This document shows positions 58,553-64,000 of a stretch of 64,000 bases of DNA, in pieces. The stretch lies in the NCBI GenBank assembly GCA_934141445.1, contig CAKPCF010000003.1, positions 34,196 to 98,195 on the forward strand, read 5' to 3'. The notes beneath the pieces were generated by a model. The model had not been told where the DNA came from. It saw only the letters and a list, made by a program, of their open reading frames with translations, and did not search any database. Position numbers and translations under genes: made by a program. Every line of letters starts with the position of its first letter. Within the stretch, counting starts at the first letter, position 1. Source of the stretch: an uncultured Clostridia bacterium (lineage in GTDB: Bacteria; Bacillota; Clostridia; TANB77; CAG-508).

Positions 58553-60157
58553 ATGAAAAAAATATCAAAAGATAAAATATTTTTTATTTTTGCATGCTTA
58601 GCAATTGCCTTTTTCACAGCAGCATTAGTTCCAAAAACATTTCAAAATGATACTTTTTTCAATATTTCTATTGGAAAATATATTTTAAATAATGGTATTG
58701 ATATGCAAGAACATTTTTCGTGGGTACCAAATCTAACTTATACTTATTCCCACTGGGCATTTGATATAATTATATATCTTTTATACAATTGTTGGAATTT
58801 TACTGGTATCTATGTTTTTACAATTATATTTTCTGCAATTATAGCTGTTACTTTATTTACTCTATTATCAAAAGCATATAAAACTCCTGTTTCTGCTTTT
58901 TTAGTAACAGTTGTTTCTGTCTTCGTAGTAAAAGATGCATTTACAGCACGTTCGCAAATAATATCTTTCTTATGTTTTATAATTGAAATATATTGTTTAG
59001 AACAATTTATAGAGACAAACAAAAAAAGATATCCTTTAATATTAGTTGCATTATCAATAGTTATAGCAAATTTTCATGCAGCAACTTGGCCTTTAATTTT
59101 AGTTTTATTTTTACCATATCTTGCTGCTGGATTTTTCAATCTAATTTCTTGTAAAAATATTTATACTTTTTTAGCTAATTTTAAAGAAAAACAATTACAA
59201 AAATTAGATATAAATTCTTCTAAGGCAACTAAATGCAAAGAAGATATTGAATATTATAAAAAACTAGCAAAAGATAAAATTTTATCTGATGAATCAAAAT
59301 TAAAATTAAGAAATGACTATAACTTTAAAAATTTAATTATTGTATTTATTATAATTTCACTTACAGGTTTAATCACACCAATACATGGAGTTCCTTATAC
59401 TTACATAATAAAATCTATGACCGGAACAAGTAATTTTGAAAATGCAGCTTCAATTGACTATATTAGTGAGATGCAACCAATTATTCCCGTAGGTAGTTTA
59501 GCATTTTTTGTTTTTTTAAGTTTGATTATTTTTACACTAGCATTCATGCCAACAAAAATAAAAGTAGAACATGGATTTTTAATACTAGGACTTTTAATAA
59601 TGACACTATACAGTAGACGCTATGTATATTTATTAGTTCTACTTGGTGCATTTCCAATTTGTGAACTTATTTCACAATGTGTTAACAAAGATACTGAAAA
59701 ACAAATTGAAAATTCTATATTATCATTTGTATTATGTATATGTTCGGTAATCTTTCTACTTGTAAGTATTTTTAATAAACAAGAAGATCCTTATGTAGAT
59801 GAAACAAAATATCCTACAAAAGTGGTAGATTATATAAAAGAAAATATAGATTACAAAAATATGAGAATTTATAATGATTATGATAATGGAAGTTATTTAA
59901 TGCTGAATGATATTCCTGTTTTCATTGATTCTAGACTAGATGTTTATTGTAGTGAATTCAATAATACAGATGTTTTTAAAGATTATATTTATGTAGTCGC
60001 TGGGAAAGTAAATTATGAAAAGATTTTCTCAAAATATGATTTTACACATATTTTATTATATAAAAATGAAATCGCTAATCAATATATTACAAATGATGCA
60101 AATTACAAATTATTATATGAAGATGAATATTTCTCTTTTTATCAAAAATTAAATTAA
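58553..60157 (+). CDS. polytopic membrane protein, possible GT-C-fold glycosyltransferase, inserted antisense within the pilin array
   Basis: 534 aa with about 12 hydrophobic helices. First loop is FQNDTFFNISIGKYILNNG. The C-terminal soluble part MRIYNDYDNGSYLMLNDIPVFIDSRLDVY recalls uncharacterised ArnT/PMT-like families. The assignment is from pattern memory only. Confidence 0.35.
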   Translation: MKKISKDKIFFIFACLAIAFFTAALVPKTFQNDTFFNISIGKYILNNGIDMQEHFSWVPNLTYTYSHWAFDIIIYLLYNCWNFTGIYVFTIIFSAIIAVTLFTLLSKAYKTPVSAFLVTVVSVFVVKDAFTARSQIISFLCFIIEIYCLEQFIETNKKRYPLILVALSIVIANFHAATWPLILVLFLPYLAAGFFNLISCKNIYTFLANFKEKQLQKLDINSSKATKCKEDIEYYKKLAKDKILSDESKLKLRNDYNFKNLIIVFIIISLTGLITPIHGVPYTYIIKSMTGTSNFENAASIDYISEMQPIIPVGSLAFFVFLSLIIFTLAFMPTKIKVEHGFLILGLLIMTLYSRRYVYLLVLLGAFPICELISQCVNKDTEKQIENSILSFVLCICSVIFLLVSIFNKQEDPYVDETKYPTKVVDYIKENIDYKNMRIYNDYDNGSYLMLNDIPVFIDSRLDVYCSEFNNTDVFKDYIYVVAGKVNYEKIFSKYDFTHILLYKNEIANQYITNDANYKLLYEDEYFSFYQKLN

Positions 60158-60181
60158 ATTTTATTTCTATGCACATATAAA

Positions 60182-60221
60182 AATACTGTTGATATATTTT
60201 CTATTATCAACAGTATTTTTT
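60182..60221. terminator. bidirectional terminator between the convergent membrane-protein gene and P4
   Basis: A 13-bp perfect stem aatactgttgata(60182-60194)/tatcaacagtatt(60205-60217), with a T-run to 60221 and an A-run on the 5' side. Confidence 0.7.
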
Positions 60222-60236
60222 ATATTTTTTTAATTA

Positions 60237-60620
60237 CTATGCCTTTATATTTCCTTCTGCAAATTTTTGAATAATTGTTAAAATTCCAGATGCTGCAAAC
60301 ATTACAACAGCTCCAACTATGTAAACAACTGCATATTTTTTTATCTCTGCTTTTTCGTTTGGTGCTGATGACATATATTTAATAGCCAATACAGTTAACA
60401 TTATTAAAGCTACACCAACTGCTACTATTCTTGCAACTTGTAATATTGCACCAACAATATTAGTAGTTGAACTAGCAGCTGCACTATTATCTGTTTTTCC
60501 ATCAATTGCTGATATTTTGCTTCCAAAATCATATCCATCAGCATATACCATTGGCATGAAAGCACTTACAACAGTAGTGAATATAATTATAGACACTAAA
60601 ACTATACCTAATTTTTTCAT
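60237..60620 (-). CDS. VirB2/TrbC-like pilin-type protein, paralogue P4
   Basis: Signal peptide ending VYA, a variable segment, then the conserved VAVGVALIMLTVLAIKYMSSAPNEKAEIKKYAVVYIVGAVVMFAASGIL. Confidence 0.62.
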   Translation of the reverse strand: MKKLGIVLVSIIIFTTVVSAFMPMVYADGYDFGSKISAIDGKTDNSAAASSTTNIVGAILQVARIVAVGVALIMLTVLAIKYMSSAPNEKAEIKKYAVVYIVGAVVMFAASGILTIIQKFAEGNIKA

Positions 60621-60637
60621 ACTTCTCCTCCTAACTT

Positions 60638-61030
60638 CTAACTAGCTGATATATTGCTAGAGAATTTTTCAATTATTTGTAAAATTCCTGCTGCTCCGAA
60701 TAATACAATTGCACCTACTACATATACAACTGCATGTTTTTTAATGGTAGCTCTATCGTTTGGTGCTGATGACATATATTTGATTGCTAATACAGTTAGC
60801 ATTATTAAAGCTACACCAACTGCTACTATTTTTAGTATGTAAAAAACTGCACCTATTACATTACCAACAGAATCTGCTGCAGCTGAATTTCCAGCACCTT
60901 CAATTGAAGATATATCTGGCATTGCACTTCCTTCTGCAAAGACATTACCTTGAAACGCAACTAATACTGTTGAAAAAATTATTAGTGCTATTGCAAGGAT
61001 CATTCCTTTTTTTAATAAAATCTCCTTCAT
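60638..61030 (-). CDS. VirB2/TrbC-like pilin-type protein, paralogue P5
   Basis: Signal peptide ending VFA, a variable segment, then the conserved VAVGVALIMLTVLAIKYMSSAPNDRATIKKHAVVYVVGAIVLFGAAGILQIIEKF. Confidence 0.62.
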   Translation of the reverse strand: MKEILLKKGMILAIALIIFSTVLVAFQGNVFAEGSAMPDISSIEGAGNSAAADSVGNVIGAVFYILKIVAVGVALIMLTVLAIKYMSSAPNDRATIKKHAVVYVVGAIVLFGAAGILQIIEKFSSNISAS

Positions 61031-61053
61031 ACTTTTTCTCCTTTTTTATATTT

Positions 61054-61425
61054 CTATGCTTGCATGTTTGAATTTACAAATTTTTCGATTATCTGTAAAA
61101 TTCCTGCAGCTCCAAATAGTACAACAGCTCCTATTACATATACAACTGCATTTTGTTTTATTGTAGCTCTTTCATTAGCAGAAGAAGTCATGTACTTAAT
61201 TGCTAATACAGTTAACATTATTATTCCAACTCCTACCGCAACAATCTTCATAATATACAACAATGTTCCAGCTGCTGTTTCTATTGAATTTCCAATTTGT
61301 CCACTATTTCCGTTATCAAAAGCTTTAACATTATAATTGTCATTGCTTGCAAAGCTTGGAATAGATAATACAATGCAACTTAATAACAAAAATATTGTAA
61401 CACAACATATCAATTTTTTGCTCAT
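61054..61425 (-). CDS. VirB2/TrbC-like pilin-type protein, paralogue P6
   Basis: Signal peptide ending SFA, a variable segment, then the conserved VAVGVGIIMLTVLAIKYMTSSANERATIKQNAVVYVIGAVVLFGAAGILQIIEKF. Confidence 0.62.
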   Translation of the reverse strand: MSKKLICCVTIFLLLSCIVLSIPSFASNDNYNVKAFDNGNSGQIGNSIETAAGTLLYIMKIVAVGVGIIMLTVLAIKYMTSSANERATIKQNAVVYVIGAVVLFGAAGILQIIEKFVNSNMQA

Positions 61426-61458
61426 ATCAAGCTCCTTTCAAATTGATTCTTATTATAA

Positions 61459-61487
61459 ATTATATAACATATTTACATTCTTTTCAA
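61459..61487 (-). promoter_or_regulatory. sigma-A-type promoter of the P6-P5-P4 unit
   Basis: Minus strand TTGAAA (complement of 61482-61487), 17 nt, TATAAT (complement of 61459-61464). Confidence 0.6.
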
Positions 61488-61631
61488 TATTATATAAATA
61501 CAATTCCATTAAATATTTTATCTTTTTACAATATTTTTTGTCAATAAATTATACTTTTTGTAATCTAAAAGATATATGAGTAAAAATTTATGTTAAATAT
61601 TCTTCAAATATTCATAATTTAAAAACTGCAT

Positions 61632-61658
61632 AAAAAAAGACTCTCCGCAAAGAGAGCC
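61632..61658 (-). terminator. rho-independent terminator directly after P7
   Basis: Minus-strand RNA GGCUCUC-UUUGCG-GAGAGUC followed by U7 (complement of A-run 61632-61638). It lies 17 nt after the P7 stop. Confidence 0.75.
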
Positions 61659-61674
61659 TTTTTTCTTTTCAAAT

Positions 61675-62067
61675 TTAGTTTCCAGTACCTTGGATATTTT
61701 TTGAAAAAGATTTGATAATTTGTAAGATACCTGAAGCTGCAAATAATACGATTGCACCAACAACATACACAACAGCATGTTTTTTGATATCTGCTTTATC
61801 ACCAGGAGCTGCTGAAATATATTTAATAGCAAGAACTATTAACATAATAATAGCAACACCAGTACCAATGATTTGAACAATGTTAATTAAAGCACCAATA
61901 ATATTTTGTGAACTTCCTGCTGCACCTGAAGTATCGTGTTTGTTATCAAATTGTTTAACATTAAGTCCATCTGTTGTTTGAGTTGCAAATACTGCTTGTG
62001 TTCCAACAGCTACTAACATCATAGCTACTAATAAAATAGCAACTACTTTCATAACTTTCTTTGTCAT
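61675..62067 (-). CDS. VirB2/TrbC-like pilin-type protein, paralogue P7 (monocistronic; candidate major subunit)
   Basis: Start set at MTKKVMKVVAILL (ATG 62065-62067), 7 nt after a GGAGGA RBS (track ORF extends to 62157). Signal peptide ending VFA. Conserved GTGVAIIMLIVLAIKYISAAPGDKADIKKHAVVYVVGAIVLFAASGILQII. Confidence 0.65.
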   Translation of the reverse strand: MTKKVMKVVAILLVAMMLVAVGTQAVFATQTTDGLNVKQFDNKHDTSGAAGSSQNIIGALINIVQIIGTGVAIIMLIVLAIKYISAAPGDKADIKKHAVVYVVGAIVLFAASGILQIIKSFSKNIQGTGN

Positions 62068-62107
62068 GGTTTTTTCCTCCTTTATTTTATACTCATACTT
62101 ATAATTT

Positions 62108-62136
62108 ATTATAAACCTTTTCAGGCTAAATTTCAA
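62108..62136 (-). promoter_or_regulatory. sigma-A-type promoter of P7
   Basis: Minus strand TTGAAA (complement of 62131-62136), 17 nt, TATAAT (complement of 62108-62113), about 40 nt upstream of the ATG. Confidence 0.65.
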
Positions 62137-62286
62137 TATAAGTATATATTTTTTCATATAATGTTATTTTAGCATATATGTTTTTTTTTGTAAATATTAA
62201 ATTTTACTTAATTTTTATTTTTCAACATTTTTGCTCTTTTTTCTGTTAATTTTACTTCTAGAAAATACATTCTATAACATCTCGAC

Positions 62287-62649
62287 TTATTTTATTATCT
62301 TTTTCCATTCTTCTTGTTTAAAACCTAACAATACATTGCCTGTTTCAATTTCAATTAAAATAGGTCTTTTTATTAGCATACCATTAGATGCAAGCATTGC
62401 TATTTTTTCGTCATCTGTTAATTTTTTTATTTCTTCTTTTAAATTCATACTTTTATATAATAAACCACTTGTATTAAAAAATTTTTTAATTGGTAATTTA
62501 CTTTTTTCAATCCAAATTTTTAATTCTTCTATTGTTGGTGTTTCAGTAACTATATTTCTATTTTCAAAATTTATACCATTTTCTTTCAAAAATTTTTCAG
62601 CATTTTTACATGTACTACACTTTGGATATTCTATCAATAAATATTTCAT
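62287..62649 (-). CDS. ArsC/Spx/MgsR-family thioredoxin-fold protein
   Basis: 120 aa. N-terminal CxxC (YPKCSTCKNAEKFL) and LIKRPIL near the C-terminus are the family pattern. Confidence 0.75.
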   Translation of the reverse strand: MKYLLIEYPKCSTCKNAEKFLKENGINFENRNIVTETPTIEELKIWIEKSKLPIKKFFNTSGLLYKSMNLKEEIKKLTDDEKIAMLASNGMLIKRPILIEIETGNVLLGFKQEEWKKIIK

Positions 62650-62804
62650 AAATTTCCTCTTTTCTAATATATTTTTATATGCGCTTAATATTTTATTGTA
62701 ATGTTTTTATGTATATCACATATTGATTTTATCATATTTTTGATAATTTATCCAGCTATTTTAAAATTTTCCATAGTTTTTCCATATTTTTTTTTCATAA
62801 AGTA

Positions 62805-62833
62805 TTGACTTTTGCATATAATGATACTATAAT
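62805..62833 (+). promoter_or_regulatory. consensus sigma-A promoter of the initiator tRNA
   Basis: TTGACT (62805-62810), 17 nt, TATAAT (62828-62833), 11 nt before the tRNA 5' end. Confidence 0.7.
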
Positions 62834-62844
62834 AAAGAAGTCAT

Positions 62845-62920
62845 CGCGGGGTGGAGCAGTTGGCAGCTCGTTGGGCTCATAACCCAAAGGTCGTAAGTTC
62901 GAGTCTTACCCCCGCAACCA
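62845..62920 (+). tRNA. initiator tRNA-fMet (anticodon CAT)
   Basis: CGCGGGG acceptor with a C1-A72 mismatch and three consecutive G-C pairs closing the anticodon stem (TTGGG-CTCATAA-CCCAA). T arm GTAAG/CTTAC, encoded CCA. Confidence 0.93.
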
Positions 62921-62923
62921 AAA

Positions 62924-62951
62924 AACACCATTTTATAAAATGGTGTTTTTA
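62924..62951 (+). terminator. rho-independent terminator after tRNA-fMet
   Basis: Stem aacaccatttt/aaaatggtgtt followed by a T-run (to about 62950). Confidence 0.65.
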
Positions 62952-63152
62952 TTTTATTATTTTTCTATTTAATTTAACTTAAAAAATCAACTTGTCGACC
63001 ATTTTTTGATATATTAGTATCATTTTTGGTCAATAACTCACCTTTTTAGCTTATATATTTACAATAATTGCTTTACTATATATTTTATGATAAAATGTTA
63101 ATAATTTAGTAAAAATCTAATTATTTTGTAGCATAAATAAAGAAAGGTACAT

Positions 63153-64000
63153 ATGAATTCTAAAAAAACAAAAATTAAAAATATTATATATATACTAATT
63201 TACAGTGTTCTCATTATTAGTGTTGGAATGTTACATGAACCATGGAGTGATGAAGCACAATCTTGGCTTATTGCAAGAGATGCAAATTTTCATGATATAT
63301 CCTTTAAATATGCATCTTATGAAGGTTGTTTTCCATTATGGATATGCATATTAAAATTTTTTATAATTTTAGGCGGAAAATATAAATATCTACACATAAT
63401 TTCTAGTGTAATTACCATTATCGCAGCTTATTTAATTATTTCTAATCAGAAAATAAAAAAAGAATTTAGATACTTAATTCCTTTAAATTTTTGGTTTTTC
63501 TATCAATATGGAATTATCGCAAGAAACTACGCTTTGACTACATTATCATTTTCACTCTTTTTATTGTTATATGAAGATAGGCATAATAAAAAAATTAAAT
63601 ATACAATTCTACTAATATTTATGTCAATGATAAATATGTATGGAATGATTATTTCTGGAATTTTATTTTTACAATTATGTATTGAAAATTTCAAGAAAAA
63701 AAATTTATTGCAGTTATACTACATACCAATAATTATTACATATCTTTTTGAAATTTTTGTACTAATGCCACAAAAAGATTTGCTAATATACTTTTATTAC
63801 CAGTCTGACACTTTACAAGTATTTTGCAATTTATTTTTGCGAATTATAACATGCCAAAATAATATACTTATTCAATCAAGTAATTTAATAACTGTTGTTT
63901 TAATTGTTTCTATTATTATATCACTTAAAAAATATAATAAAATAAACATTTTCTCATTGATGGAATTTAGTATACTTATATTTTTCCTATTAGTACGTGG
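63153..64000 (+). CDS. polytopic membrane protein, ArnT/PMT-like GT-C glycosyltransferase candidate; runs off the right edge
   Basis: Hand translation from ATG 63153: MNSKKTKIKNIIYILIYSVLIISVGMLHEPWSDEAQSWLIARDANF... The frame is open to position 64000. The first-loop DEAxxW motif resembles the DE(A)RY(A) motif of ArnT-type enzymes. Several hydrophobic helices follow. Confidence 0.45.
   Translation, partial: MNSKKTKIKNIIYILIYSVLIISVGMLHEPWSDEAQSWLIARDANFHDISFKYASYEGCFPLWICILKFFIILGGKYKYLHIISSVITIIAAYLIISNQKIKKEFRYLIPLNFWFFYQYGIIARNYALTTLSFSLFLLLYEDRHNKKIKYTILLIFMSMINMYGMIISGILFLQLCIENFKKKNLLQLYYIPIIITYLFEIFVLMPQKDLLIYFYYQSDTLQVFCNLFLRIITCQNNILIQSSNLITVVLIVSIIISLKKYNKINIFSLMEFSILIFFLLVR

Noticed and set aside
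62181-62189. A T9 homopolymer upstream of the P7 promoter, considered as a slipped-strand phase-variation tract.
   Set aside because: It lies outside the -35/-10 spacer and the coding region. Homopolymers of this length are frequent in such AT-rich intergenic DNA, so the single sequence gives no evidence of length variation.
62231-62701. A 156-aa plus-strand ORF overlapping the ArsC/Spx-family gene.
   Set aside because: It is the antisense shadow of a gene with a clear family signature (CxxC, LIKRPIL). Its translation is low-complexity F/L/I/S-rich and no RBS is present.
26733-62920. The whole 26.7-62.9 kb interval as one tRNA-bounded genomic island (tRNA-Gly/Cys on the left, tRNA-fMet on the right).
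   Set aside because: I could find no integrase and no repeat of either tRNA 3' end at the opposite boundary. By eye there is no compositional break, and the interval includes apparently ordinary genes (CNNM transporter, ArsC-family). Only the small RhuM islet shows real insertion signatures.
1-64000. Search for CRISPR arrays, rRNA genes, IS elements or transposases, toxin-antitoxin pairs and known defence-system signatures.
   Set aside because: I saw no regularly spaced direct repeats, no rRNA-like sequence, no transposase- or recombinase-like ORF and no recognisable defence-gene motifs in the translations.

Overview
This is a very AT-rich window with a Firmicutes/Clostridia-like gene set: a Spo0E-like ORF, a SpoVD/PBP2B-type PBP with PASTA domains, the LL-DAP aminotransferase route and a sortase. 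Nearly all genes lie on the minus strand. No search tools were available, so all calls rest on reading the ORF translations, hand translation, motif recognition and hand folding of RNAs.

Positions 1-26.4 kb are ordinary housekeeping genes. They include fur, sortase, dapL-murE-dapF, a PBP, rsmA, a dGTPase-like gene, hslO, an M14 peptidase, a secreted nuclease and pyrBI. A small alarmone synthetase, an amylase, an SDR, a patatin-like lipase, an MscS channel, lgt and two M16 peptidases complete this part.

At 26.7-28.1 kb there is a tRNA-Gly/tRNA-Cys pair. It is followed by a once-frameshifted RhuM-family pseudogene bracketed by a 29-nt direct repeat.

From about 29.4 to 62.2 kb the window is dominated by a large T4SS-like locus:
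- seven VirB2/TrbC-like pilin paralogues in four transcription units that all use the same TTGAAA-N17-TATAAT promoter;
- a PrgI/VirB3-like protein and a VirB4-type ATPase;
- three VirB6-like polytopic proteins (422, 1328 and 887 aa);
- two pairs of membrane-anchored paralogues;
- two tandem ~1390-aa PrgK/CwlT-like wall hydrolases.

No relaxase, coupling protein, integrase or replication gene is visible anywhere in the window. A polytopic GT-C-like membrane protein sits inverted inside the pilin array, and a second one runs off the right edge after an ArsC/Spx-family gene and an initiator tRNA-Met.

The T4SS-like block is the candidate novel system. It may be a domesticated, paralogue-expanded, pilin-rich Gram-positive T4SS derivative with a non-conjugative role. 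This needs profile and structure searches and a look at the rest of the genome.
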